A stretch of DNA of 64,000 bases from assembly GCA_963744145.1 (NCBI GenBank), contig CAVUSO010000001.1, positions 3,072,001 through 3,136,000 on the forward strand. Reading direction: 5' to 3'. Under the pieces are notes generated by a model. The model was not told the origin of the DNA. It saw only the letters and a list, made by a program, of their open reading frames with translations, and made no database searches. This document shows positions 9,648 to 19,134 of this stretch, in pieces (position 1 is the first letter of the stretch; each line of letters begins with the position of its first letter). A program made the position numbers and the translations under genes. The stretch is from an uncultured cyanobacterium. Lineage in GTDB: Bacteria > Cyanobacteriota > Cyanobacteriia > Cyanobacteriales > CAWUOF01.

Positions 9648-10412
9648 TTATTGATTGAGAGTTTTTCGTAATTGATTTAATTCCTCTTCCACAATGGAAG
9701 CTTCAAGGATCGGTGGTGATTGATGGGAGTTACTTTGACCGGGTGGAAGTTGACCATGGGACATTTGGGCTTTTAGAGCTAGTAACTCATCTTCTACATC
9801 GTTACCTCCTTCTAATTGACGAAATTGTGCAGCTAGATCATCTCCTGCTAATTCAGCCGCAGCTCCTGCTCGTGCTTCATATTGTAAGACTTTTTCTTCC
9901 ATCCGCTCAAAAGCATTCATGGCGCTACTGGTATTGAGAGAACTGATGGTATTTTGCAATTTCTCATTCGCTTTAGCAGCAGCAGCTCGAGCTTTGAGGG
10001 TATCTTTTTTAGTTTTTGCTTCCGAAATTTTACTTTCTAAAGCTGTTAAGTTGCGCTTAAAAGCATCTACTTGAATAGTTTGCTGATCTAAACTTGTTTT
10101 CAAGGTTGTGGCTGTATCAGCATAGTTTTTTTTGCGGACTAAAGCTTCTCGAGCTAAATTTTCATCACCCTTTTGCAATGCTAATTGAGCCCGATTTTGC
10201 CAGTTATTCACTTCCGATTGCGCTTGGTTATATTGTTGCTGAGTCCGCTTTTGGGTCGCGATCGCACTAGCTACTGCTTGACGGAGTTTAATCAGATCCT
10301 CCTGCATATCGATCAAAGACTGTTCCAGAATTTTTTCTGGGTCTTCTGCTTTGCTAACTAGATCATTCAGATTAGCTTTAATTAATCTACCAAGTCGGTC
10401 AAATAATCCCAT
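9648..10412 (-). CDS. vipp1: Vipp1/IM30 paralog (copy 2)
   Basis: PspA/IM30 core plus C-terminal helix IVEEELNQLRKTLNQ. Confidence 0.88.
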   Translation of the reverse strand: MGLFDRLGRLIKANLNDLVSKAEDPEKILEQSLIDMQEDLIKLRQAVASAIATQKRTQQQYNQAQSEVNNWQNRAQLALQKGDENLAREALVRKKNYADTATTLKTSLDQQTIQVDAFKRNLTALESKISEAKTKKDTLKARAAAAKANEKLQNTISSLNTSSAMNAFERMEEKVLQYEARAGAAAELAGDDLAAQFRQLEGGNDVEDELLALKAQMSHGQLPPGQSNSHQSPPILEASIVEEELNQLRKTLNQ

Positions 10413-10575
10413 GATGATATTTTATCCTTTGTGAGTGGATCGGTGGTGGGAAATATGATCCTGCTCCTTTGATCATACCCCGCTGGACAATATTAATAAC
10501 TAAGACCAATATAGATAGAAAAACCATCTATTTTGGTCTTTATGCTGATAATTAGGATAAACTCAATCCAAATTT

Positions 10576-11346
10576 TTATTGATTAAGTGTCTTGCGTAAT
10601 TTATTCAATTCATCATCAACTACTGAAGCTGATTGAGTCGGACTTGTTTGACCTGCGGCTGGCAGTTGACCAGCAGTTGGAGCTGGACCAAGAGACATTT
10701 GGGCTTTCAGTGCTAACAATTCATCATCAACATTGTTACCTGATTCTAACTTCAAAAATTCGTCTTCCAGACTATTTCCGACTAATTCTCCTGCTGCACT
10801 AGAACGAGCTTCCATTTGTAAAACTTTTTCTTCCATGCGTTCAAAAGCACCCATAGCACTGCTAGTATTGAGTGATCCGATCGTATTTTGGAGCTGTTCA
10901 TTCGCTTTAGCCGCAGCTACTCGGGCTTTGAGCATATCCTTTTTGGTCTTCGCTTCAGAAATTTTACTTTCTAAACCGATTAAGTTGCGCTTGAGGGACT
11001 CTACCTGAGTAGTTTGTTGATCTAGACTAGTTTTTAGGGTTGTGGCTGTCTCACTATGAGTCTTTTTCCGAACTAACGCTTCCCGCGCTAGATTTTCGTC
11101 ACCTTTTTGCAGGGCTAATTGAGCGCGGTTTTGCCAACTGTTTACTTCGGTTTGAGCTTGGTTATATTGTTGCTGAGTCCGTTTTTGCGTCGCGATCGCG
11201 CTAGCTACTGCTTGACGGAGCTGGACTAAGTCTTCTTGCATATCCATCAAAGACTGCTCTAGAATCTTTTCTGGGTCTTCAGCTTTGCTAACTAGATCAT
11301 TCAGATTGGCTTTGACTACTCTGTTAATGCGATCGAATAATCCCAT
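10576..11346 (-). CDS. vipp1: Vipp1/IM30 (copy 1)
   Basis: MGLFDRINRVVKANLN, AFERMEEKV, C-terminal helix VVDDELNKLRKTLNQ. Confidence 0.92.
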   Translation of the reverse strand: MGLFDRINRVVKANLNDLVSKAEDPEKILEQSLMDMQEDLVQLRQAVASAIATQKRTQQQYNQAQTEVNSWQNRAQLALQKGDENLAREALVRKKTHSETATTLKTSLDQQTTQVESLKRNLIGLESKISEAKTKKDMLKARVAAAKANEQLQNTIGSLNTSSAMGAFERMEEKVLQMEARSSAAGELVGNSLEDEFLKLESGNNVDDELLALKAQMSLGPAPTAGQLPAAGQTSPTQSASVVDDELNKLRKTLNQ

Positions 11347-11478
11347 GATGATGTTTTATCCTTAAATTAGGGTTGACAAAATTACTTAGGTTTGGGCTTT
11401 TGCTATTTGCGGGTTATGTTTTTAATCATATTAATTTTGAGGATAACCTTTACTAGATGGTTTTTTTGGGCTAGTTGC

Positions 11479-12252
11479 TCAATTCCTTTCTGATTGGTTG
11501 TTTGGATTGGGCGTTTGTCCCGTTTGACCTTCATCCACACTTAATTTTAGCGTGGATGAGGGTAAGGATGGTAATTGGACCTGTTCAGTCCCAGAGACCA
11601 GTTGGGCTTTCATTGCTGCTAGTTCTGCATCAATTTCACCACTACTTGGCAGTTGGGCAAATTCCTCTTTGAGATCGTCTGTACTTAGCTCTGTGATCGC
11701 TTCTGATTGGGCTTCTAATTGTAGGACTTTTTCTTCCATCCGCTCAAAAGCACTCAATGAGCTAGTAGTATTAACTGATCCTAACATTTCATTAATTTTC
11801 TGGGCTGCTACCGCTGAACGTGCCCGCGCAATATATAAGTCTTTTTTGGTTTTTGCTTCGGCAATTTTTTGCTCTAGCTTTTTCATATCTTGTTTGAGCT
11901 TATTTACCACTACACTTTGCTGTTCAATTTGTTTAGACATTGATTCAGCTGTTTCTTGGTAGGGTTTACGACGAGTCAACGCTTCCCTAGCTAGGTTTTC
12001 ATCACCTTTTTGCAGGGCTAATTGTGCCCGACGATACCATTCCTGAGCATTCTCTTGAGCTTGGGTGACTTGTCTTTCGGTGCGTTTTTGGGTCGCGATC
12101 GCTTGAGCTACTGCTTGACGCAACTGGACTAGATCCTCTTGCATCTCCATCACTACTTGCTCCAGAATTTTTTCTGGATCTTCAGCTTGACCAATCAGAT
12201 GGTTGATATTAGCTTGAATTATTCGTTTGATCCGCTCAAAAAATCCCATCAT
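11479..12252 (-). CDS. pspA: PspA/IM30 family protein (PspA-type)
   Basis: PspA core; lacks the Vipp1 terminal helix; sits upstream of vipp1. Confidence 0.85.
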   Translation of the reverse strand: MMGFFERIKRIIQANINHLIGQAEDPEKILEQVVMEMQEDLVQLRQAVAQAIATQKRTERQVTQAQENAQEWYRRAQLALQKGDENLAREALTRRKPYQETAESMSKQIEQQSVVVNKLKQDMKKLEQKIAEAKTKKDLYIARARSAVAAQKINEMLGSVNTTSSLSAFERMEEKVLQLEAQSEAITELSTDDLKEEFAQLPSSGEIDAELAAMKAQLVSGTEQVQLPSLPSSTLKLSVDEGQTGQTPNPNNQSERN

Positions 12253-12337
12253 CGCTCTCCATTCATTTTCTGGCCAAGTCTGAGCAGCAAGTTTAATCTT
12301 ATGGTATCGTTTATGAGCGGAGAAGTTTGGTTGATGC

Positions 12338-13501
12338 TCAAGGCTTGTAGACTTGTACCTCTATTCCTTGCTTACGGAGTTGTTCTGCGATCAGATTGGC
12401 TGTAGTCTGATCTTTATAAGCTCCTAACTGGATTCTTGTCCCTTGGGGAAAATCCCTGAGATAAGCATCTGATACTATTTTCCTGGCTTTTTGCAAGCTT
12501 TCATCCCCAAGATATTCACTTAAAACATAATAATACTTATCTTCTAACTGAATTGCTGTACTAGATTTTTTCTGATCCGAAGCATTTTCGACCGTTGAGG
12601 ACTGATGAACTGCTGGTGGAGATGGTAACAAAGCCGCAGTTAAATTCAACGGTGGTGCCGCGGTTGTCGGTTTGGTCGTGGGACTAGCTGCTGTTTGAGG
12701 TAATTGTTGTGCTAATTTGCTGGGATTGGGTACAATTACCTGATTCTGGGGTTTGTTTGGGTTGAGCATTCCAATTGTGTTTAAATCTAGCTCCACAAAT
12801 TCCTGGGAAGCTAGATTTGGTGTATTCGGAATCGGAGGTAATTTGCTCCCGTTACTAATTCCATTCCGATTTGGTTTGCTAGTTTGACTAACTTCTGTCG
12901 CTGTGGGGTTAATGATGCGTCGTAAGTTAGCTATGGTCAAGCTAGTCCGATTTTGCCATATTACATATCCAAAGGTTATACAGGCAAGTAGCAACAGCAA
13001 GATTGAACCTATCCCCAATGGATTCATCATCTGATCCTGGAAACGACTATTTGATTTGTTTGGGGATGTTGTTTCTTCGTCTAAGCTTTTGACCAGTCGC
13101 TCGGAGGATTCTAGATAGTTATCCGGTGCTGGAGGATGGGGATAGGGAAATGGTGTGATGGTGGGAAATGGATGGGATTCCTGGTTAAATTCGGTGTCCT
13201 CTTTGTTGGTCTCTGGTTCTCTCTTTTCTGGGGCGATCGCGATATACTTGCGCTGTGCATCTCCGACCGGACTAGGTTCTGCTTCGACTGTTGGTATGGT
13301 AGGTAAAGAAATTAGTTCTATTGGTTCAGGAGTTTGGTTTCTACCAATTCCTCGATCGCTTGCTAGGGGTTTTCCTGCCCGTTTGCGTCGATATCGTTTT
13401 AATTCATCTTGTAATTGTATATCTAAATTATGTAGAACTACCTTTAAAACCGGGTTTAACTGACTTTTGCTTGGGGACTCAGCTAAGGAAGGTTTACTCA
13501 T
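12338..13501 (-). CDS. Single-TM protein with C-terminal SPOR-like domain
   Basis: LDIQLQDELKRYRR N-terminus, TM PLGIGSILLLLLACITFGYVI, C-terminal RIQLGAY. Confidence 0.75.
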   Translation of the reverse strand: MSKPSLAESPSKSQLNPVLKVVLHNLDIQLQDELKRYRRKRAGKPLASDRGIGRNQTPEPIELISLPTIPTVEAEPSPVGDAQRKYIAIAPEKREPETNKEDTEFNQESHPFPTITPFPYPHPPAPDNYLESSERLVKSLDEETTSPNKSNSRFQDQMMNPLGIGSILLLLLACITFGYVIWQNRTSLTIANLRRIINPTATEVSQTSKPNRNGISNGSKLPPIPNTPNLASQEFVELDLNTIGMLNPNKPQNQVIVPNPSKLAQQLPQTAASPTTKPTTAAPPLNLTAALLPSPPAVHQSSTVENASDQKKSSTAIQLEDKYYYVLSEYLGDESLQKARKIVSDAYLRDFPQGTRIQLGAYKDQTTANLIAEQLRKQGIEVQVYKP

Positions 13502-13696
13502 CGCACTACTACTCCTATAGTCAAATCAGATTTTAATTCGGGATAGCTGACTCGGTTGGATAGTAAATGTTTCTCTTGATCCATTTTTGGGGTTTCCACC
13601 GATTTACAACTTTAATTAGGCAGGTGATTTCTGCCCAGCGTTCCAGGACGCTTAGTACCTTTGAATACTTCAGTATACATAGACAAGGAGCAGAAA

Positions 13697-14260
13697 ATGG
13701 GTTTTCAGTCTCTCAATTATGTCTTGGATTTGATGAAAAGTCAGTTGATCTCTCCCGAACAACTCCAGTTTCAATTTTTGTTGTCTTGTTGGTCTCAAGT
13801 AGTGGAAGAGGGTATAGTTAAATATACTCAACCAATCTCGATCTATCGGGGAGTTTTAAAAGTTGCTACTCCTAGTTCTGCTTTAGCTCAAGACCTGACT
13901 TTTAAACGTCGTCAGATTTTGGCTAAGTTGAATTCTCGTTTGCAAGCTCCTTTGCATGATCTTCATTTTTCTACTGCTGGTTGGCGCAATTTTTCTGATC
14001 CTGATTATGCCTCAGTTCCCAGTGAAATTGCTCAGACTTGGCAAGCACATCCTAGTCGTTTGCTAGCAGGTTCTCCTGGAAATCAAACTCCATCCCTTGA
14101 AGATAGCTTAGATGCTCCTGCTGCCTTTAGACAATGGGCCGAGAAAATTCAGTGGCGATCGCAATCTTTACCTCTTTGTCCCCATTGTCAATCCCCTACT
14201 CCGATCGGTGAACTTCAACGTTGGTTAGTCTGCGCTCCTTGTGCCAGTAACCATAAGTAG
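13697..14260 (+). CDS. DUF721 / DciA-like protein with Zn ribbon
   Basis: WSQVV...TQP...GVLKVATPSSALAQDL; CPHC...CAPC. Confidence 0.85.
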   Translation: MGFQSLNYVLDLMKSQLISPEQLQFQFLLSCWSQVVEEGIVKYTQPISIYRGVLKVATPSSALAQDLTFKRRQILAKLNSRLQAPLHDLHFSTAGWRNFSDPDYASVPSEIAQTWQAHPSRLLAGSPGNQTPSLEDSLDAPAAFRQWAEKIQWRSQSLPLCPHCQSPTPIGELQRWLVCAPCASNHK

Positions 14261-14736
14261 TTATACTTCCTTAATTATGCTGGTGATTGTCTCCCTGACT
14301 GCGATTAATTCAATCTCTCTATCTTTCTAGCTCAACCCCCTTTCCGTAATTATTCGGAAAATAATAATTTCTCTGTTTAAAAATACCTGATAATTACAGA
14401 AAATTGCCCTAAATTTAATGATTTTCCTAAGCAGTAATCTTCCTATTTTTAGTGAATATTTTGTGAATATCCCCAATACCTATATTATCCCAGCTAAAGA
14501 CCTGTTTACCTTGATCCCCACCTATTTTTAGCTCAGTAAGTATTTTTTTTCATAGATCCCTATAGTCTTCTAATCAATTTTGTTGCTATTTTTAAAGCAA
14601 ATCTAAAAAAATTATAAAGTTAATTTTTGCCGCAAACTAGCTATAATCTATACAGTGAATAGATTTAATCCCTAAAACGGGGATCAAGACAAACAGGAAT
14701 AATTAAAAAAGCAAATCACTCCCAGAGGAAATTCTT

Positions 14737-15051
14737 ATGAGTAACTTCAATTGTTTAGCGTCTGTATGTCGGCACTGCCGATTCTATACACCGGAAGGAC
14801 GCAGGGGTGGTCAATGTCAACAGTTAGGTGTTCCAGTTCGGGGAGTCTGGAAATCTTGCTCTTTGGCGATCCCACCCTTTGCACCATCATGGGAAACGAT
14901 CGAAGTAGCGGAAGTTTGGACCCAAAAAGCCCTCGTTGTTCCCGATGCTCTTCCCTTAGCTTGCTCTTTAGAATTTGCCCAGTTAGAAGAGCTTGGACCA
15001 GAAAGTAGCGCTCATCACCAAAAAATGGCCACGAATTTGGTTTTGGCCTAG
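14737..15051 (+). CDS. Conserved cyanobacterial Cys-rich hypothetical protein
   Basis: CRHCRFYTPEGRRGGQCQQLGVPVRGVWKSC; GAGG RBS. Confidence 0.8.
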   Translation: MSNFNCLASVCRHCRFYTPEGRRGGQCQQLGVPVRGVWKSCSLAIPPFAPSWETIEVAEVWTQKALVVPDALPLACSLEFAQLEELGPESSAHHQKMATNLVLA

Positions 15052-15216
15052 TATCCCTTCTATTTAAAAAAAAAGTTGTCTGGCTAAACTCGTAATATTC
15101 TTTATGATCCACCTCAGATTTATGAAAAATAATCGAGGAAAAAACCGAGAATACGAGCATTTTGAAGAAAAGAAAAATCAAATCCCCAATTTAGTTATAA
15201 TCAGGGACATTACAGG

Positions 15217-15247
15217 GGTCGCATTTTTGAAAACCAAAAATGCGACG
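15217..15247. terminator. Hairpin between convergent genes
   Basis: GTCGCATTTTTG-loop-CAAAAATGCGAC. Confidence 0.7.
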
Positions 15248-15268
15248 ATTCTATTTAGATCACTTTTT

Positions 15269-16102
15269 TTACGGTAACCAAGGATATTGTCGAAAGTCCG
15301 GAGCACGTTTTTCTAAAAATGCTTGTTTTCCTTCAGCCCCTTCTTCGGTCATATAGTATAGTAAGGTCGCGTTACCGGCTAGTTCTTGTAAACCTACTTG
15401 ACCATCACAATCCGCATTAAACGCTGCTTTTAAACACCGAATCGCGATCGGACTTTTTTCCAAAATCTCTTTTGCCCATTTAATTCCTTCTTGTTCTAGT
15501 TCGGCGATCGGCACGACACAATTAATTAAACCCATTTCTAAAGCTTGTTGGGCGTTATATTGACGACAGAGAAACCAGATTTCCCGAGCTTTTTTTTGCC
15601 CAACAATTCTCGCTAGATAACTAGAACCAAATCCACCATCAAAACTCCCGACTTTTGGGCCTGTCTGCCCGAAAATAGCATTATCCGCAGCTATTGTCAA
15701 GTCACAAATTAAATGTAATACATGACCACCGCCGATCGCATATCCCCCCACTAAAGCAATAACTACTTTGGGGAGGGAACGGATTAAGCGTTGTAAATCT
15801 AAGACATTTAAGCGTGGTACTCCCGCATCATCAATATAGCCAGCTTGACCCCGGACACTTTGATCCCCACCAGCACAGAAAGCGTATTGGCCATCTGGAG
15901 CTGGACCGGCACCTGTAAATAAAACTACACCAATTTGGGGATCTTCACGCACATCACAAAAAGCGTCATAGAGTTCAAATACTGTTTTCGGTCGGAAAGC
16001 ATTACGCTTGTGGGGACGATTAATGGTGATCTTGGCAATCCCATCGGTTTTATGATAAAGAATGTCTTCGTAAGTTTTGACTGTTTGCCAGTTAATTTGC
16101 AT
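15269..16102 (-). CDS. menB: 1,4-dihydroxy-2-naphthoyl-CoA synthase
   Basis: [33 protein letters not shown]. Confidence 0.97.
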   Translation of the reverse strand: MQINWQTVKTYEDILYHKTDGIAKITINRPHKRNAFRPKTVFELYDAFCDVREDPQIGVVLFTGAGPAPDGQYAFCAGGDQSVRGQAGYIDDAGVPRLNVLDLQRLIRSLPKVVIALVGGYAIGGGHVLHLICDLTIAADNAIFGQTGPKVGSFDGGFGSSYLARIVGQKKAREIWFLCRQYNAQQALEMGLINCVVPIAELEQEGIKWAKEILEKSPIAIRCLKAAFNADCDGQVGLQELAGNATLLYYMTEEGAEGKQAFLEKRAPDFRQYPWLP

Positions 16103-16317
16103 CTTTGTTTGCTGATTCCCGCTAGTTAGTCATTTTACGCTATCGCGCTGGTCTCAATTTGCCCGGAAATGATCATCTGCTCTGTGGATGGGGATTTTTT
16201 TCGATCCGCTTGACTTTCTAATTTTTTCTTGTTATAATTAATTTGATAAGGAAGAACTATCTTTTTATATTTAATATTAAGATACTTTAAGAAAAAAACA
16301 GGCTGGTTAATACTTAT

Positions 16318-16971
16318 ATGTCCCAGAGTCAACAACGGATCATTGGGATAACTGGAGGGATTGGGACCGGAAAAAGCACAGTTGCCACATATCTAACCAA
16401 TACCCATAAACTACCAATTTTAGACGCGGACATCTATGCTAGAGATGCAGTACAAATAGATACACCAATATGGCAAGCAATTAGCGATCGCTATGGGAGT
16501 AAAATTTGCACAAGCGATCGGAGTTTAGACCGTAAACAACTAGGTCAGATCATCTTCAACCATCCGGATGAACGAGCATGGCTAGAGCAACAAATACATC
16601 CCTATGTACGTCAACGAATTCAAACAGGAATTAAAGTTTTATTTCCCCAAACAGTAGTCATAGTTGTACCTTTATTATTTGAAGCAAACATGACAGATTT
16701 ATGTACAGAAATTTGGGTAGTATATTGTTCACCAGAAATGCAAATTAGACGAGTGATGGAACGTGATCAAATCACCCAAGAACAAAGTCTAGCTCGCATT
16801 AATAGTCAAATGCTGTTGACGGAAAAATGCGCTCAAGCAGATGTAGTGCTAGATAATTCTTTCAGCTTAGAAAGATTGCGATCGCAAATTGACTCTGCGG
16901 TTTTTGACAAAGCAAAAAATTTCCAGAGTAGCTACTCTAGCACTGCGAAAATCATAGTTCAGCGTGAGTAG
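16318..16971 (+). CDS. coaE: Dephospho-CoA kinase
   Basis: IGITGGIGTGKST, DADIYAR, VPLLFE. Confidence 0.95.
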   Translation: MSQSQQRIIGITGGIGTGKSTVATYLTNTHKLPILDADIYARDAVQIDTPIWQAISDRYGSKICTSDRSLDRKQLGQIIFNHPDERAWLEQQIHPYVRQRIQTGIKVLFPQTVVIVVPLLFEANMTDLCTEIWVVYCSPEMQIRRVMERDQITQEQSLARINSQMLLTEKCAQADVVLDNSFSLERLRSQIDSAVFDKAKNFQSSYSSTAKIIVQRE

Positions 16972-17062
16972 ATTGAGCTATGATAGTAATTATCTAGATG
17001 CGATAGAACCTTGCTTTTGTCTCCATCTAATCTGTCAACTTCTATAAACCATCGAGGTTTCT

Positions 17063-17623
17063 ATGGGCACAACATTAAAACAAATTAGACAATATCTAGA
17101 TCAAAAAGATTGGAAATACCGAGTAGATGAAGAAAGTTCGCGGATTATTACAGGAGTACAAGCTGATCATGTGGAAGAATTTATCATCGTGATCCAATTA
17201 GATGAAGATGGAGAATTTTTTAAATTATTTGCACCCCAAGTGATTGCTGGAGTAAAAGAAAATCCTTACAAAGAACAAATTTTACAAACAATGTTAAGTA
17301 TATCCTGGGAAACAAAAATGCTCCAATGGGAATATGATCCCACCGATGGAGAAATCCGGGCAATTATCGAATTTCCCTTAGAAGATTCTCCCCTCACCGA
17401 AAGACAATTTAACCGTTGTCTACATGGGTTAATTCAAATAGTAGATGAAATCGCTATGCCCAGACTAAAACAAGTCATGAGCACTGGTAAAGATCCAGGA
17501 GATATAGAAGCAGGAGAGAGACTTTTATTAACTTTACAAGAGAAAGCACCAGGATTATTAGAAATGTTAGAAAAAGCCATGGAAGCTCGCAAGACCAGGG
17601 GAACATTTCCCTCAGAATCCTGA
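17063..17623 (+). CDS. Conserved hypothetical protein (YbjN-like)
   Basis: KMLQWEYDPTDGEIRAIIEFPLED; GAGG RBS. Confidence 0.8.
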   Translation: MGTTLKQIRQYLDQKDWKYRVDEESSRIITGVQADHVEEFIIVIQLDEDGEFFKLFAPQVIAGVKENPYKEQILQTMLSISWETKMLQWEYDPTDGEIRAIIEFPLEDSPLTERQFNRCLHGLIQIVDEIAMPRLKQVMSTGKDPGDIEAGERLLLTLQEKAPGLLEMLEKAMEARKTRGTFPSES

Positions 17624-17737
17624 ACTAATGTCCTAAGATCAGATAGGATGACTACGCTCTCGGATGTTAAAGCATCACGAGGGCAATTTCTTATCAGAGC
17701 TGTGGAAAATTAGGAGCTAGCAGTAATTAAATAACCT

Positions 17738-17917
17738 GTGAAACCAACAGAATTTCAATACTTGATAATTAATGCTTTACAAGTTCTAGACTTGCTTGAG
17801 TACGAATTTTATGATAGAAATAGTAGAGATTGGTATATCGCCACCTCAAGCTCAATCTTGCCAATAGCAGTTATTTTGCCAAATGGTGAAGTAGTACCTA
17901 GTAACTGGAAAGGATAA
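17738..17917 (+). CDS. 59-aa hypothetical protein (below ORF-track cutoff)
   Basis: GTG start; MKPTEFQYLIINALQVLDLLEYEFYDRNSRDWYIATSSSILPIAVILPNGEVVPSNWKG; 3 nt before next ATG. Confidence 0.55.
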   Translation: MKPTEFQYLIINALQVLDLLEYEFYDRNSRDWYIATSSSILPIAVILPNGEVVPSNWKG

Positions 17918-17920
17918 TTT

Positions 17921-18136
17921 ATGCGCGAGCCTACTGAATTAGAAACAAGACAATACCAAAGACTTATAGAAATATTTGCCATAGCCCGAAAACGATATTT
18001 AAGTGATGGGGGCGACCCTAAACGTCCTGGTGGTATTCTCAATGGTAAAGATTGTTTAACTACTGAGGAAAAACAAGAAATTATAGAGTTAGGTAAGCAA
18101 GTTTTTCCTCTTCAACAAAAAATAATCTATACTTAA
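17921..18136 (+). CDS. 71-aa hypothetical protein
   Basis: ATG ORF with AAGGA RBS; coupled to the preceding ORF. Confidence 0.65.
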   Translation: MREPTELETRQYQRLIEIFAIARKRYLSDGGDPKRPGGILNGKDCLTTEEKQEIIELGKQVFPLQQKIIYT

Positions 18137-18138
18137 AT

Positions 18139-18216
18139 TCAAAATTTGGTGATACCTGCATCACGTAATAATGCTGCTGCTGACAGTGGTAATCCCTGAT
18201 CAAGCAACAGTTTCAT
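18139..18216 (-). pseudogene. DUF5615 PIN-like toxin, N-terminal stub
   Basis: MKLLLDQGLPLSAAALLRDAGITKF-stop; overlaps end of DUF433 gene. Confidence 0.75.
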
Positions 18217-18442
18217 AGCGATTGGATAATTCAACAATTCGATCGTCAAGGTAAAAAGATACAAAAATTAGGGCTTGCCTGATATCTTCATCCTCCAGTT
18301 CTGGAAACTCTTGATATAGTTCTTGTCGATCAGGGTAAGTTGCTAGTAGTTCAATCACTCGACGTACAGTAAGGCGAAGATTACGAATACAGGGTTGACC
18401 ATTCATTCGTTTCGGATTGCTTGTAATACGATCTAGTTTCAT
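18200..18442 (-). CDS. DUF433 domain antitoxin
   Basis: RITSNP..MNGQPCIRNLRLTV...FPELEDEDIRQAL. Confidence 0.92.
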   Translation of the reverse strand: MKLDRITSNPKRMNGQPCIRNLRLTVRRVIELLATYPDRQELYQEFPELEDEDIRQALIFVSFYLDDRIVELSNRYETVA

Positions 18443-18466
18443 AGAGAAGCAACTTGTTATGAGTTA

Positions 18467-18762
18467 TACCAATTAACTATGAAATTGAACTTAATCTGAG
18501 GTTGATCTGTTAGGCCAGGGCAGGTTTATAATGGTGATCTGTTGGTGGCAGAATTGACTGGTGAACCTGCCCCTACCAATTTTATCCTCTATTTGCGGGT
18601 TTTTGTAGTAGGGGCGGGTTCACCGAGATGTTTGAGATTTACCAATTAATTAGAAAAACCCGCCCGGGTTCACCGAGATTTTTGCTATTTACCCACTAAT
18701 CATCAAAACCCACCCCCACCCACAGATCAATCCTATCAATGTATCTTCATCATCAATTGGTA
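18467..18762. mobile_element. 296-bp MITE with REP doublets, IS630-type ends and TTA target duplication
   Basis: TTA|TACCAATT...AATTGGTA|TTA; near-identical copy at 50808-51104. Confidence 0.9.
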
Positions 18763-19134
18763 TTAGACTAAATAATTATACCTGATTTTCCTGACTAGGC
18801 ATCACCAAAAATATAACGGGAAAGGTCATTTGTGGAACGAATTTAAACTTATTAAAGCTAAATGTCTTTCACTACTTCCAGAACCATGCCTGATCAATGC
18901 GATCGCTCCAAATCCCTCATCAATGACATGGCTATTCAACTAGAAGCGATCGCCCCAAATCCCACAATCAAACCAGCAGTCAGTCATTAATCTGACCCAC
19001 TATCAATTTAGTAGCGATCGCCCCAATTACTCCCCTAACGTCCCCCGATTATTGATTATTGGTCATTTAACGAGAAACAATCATCCTATAGCTGAAAGGT
19101 TATAAAATAATCTCAAAACTAATCCATCAAAAAT

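Noticed and set aside
8584..13821. Plus-strand ORFs opposite the aminotransferase, trx, vipp1/pspA and SPOR genes
   Set aside because: Antisense or alternate-frame overlaps with well-supported genes; no motifs
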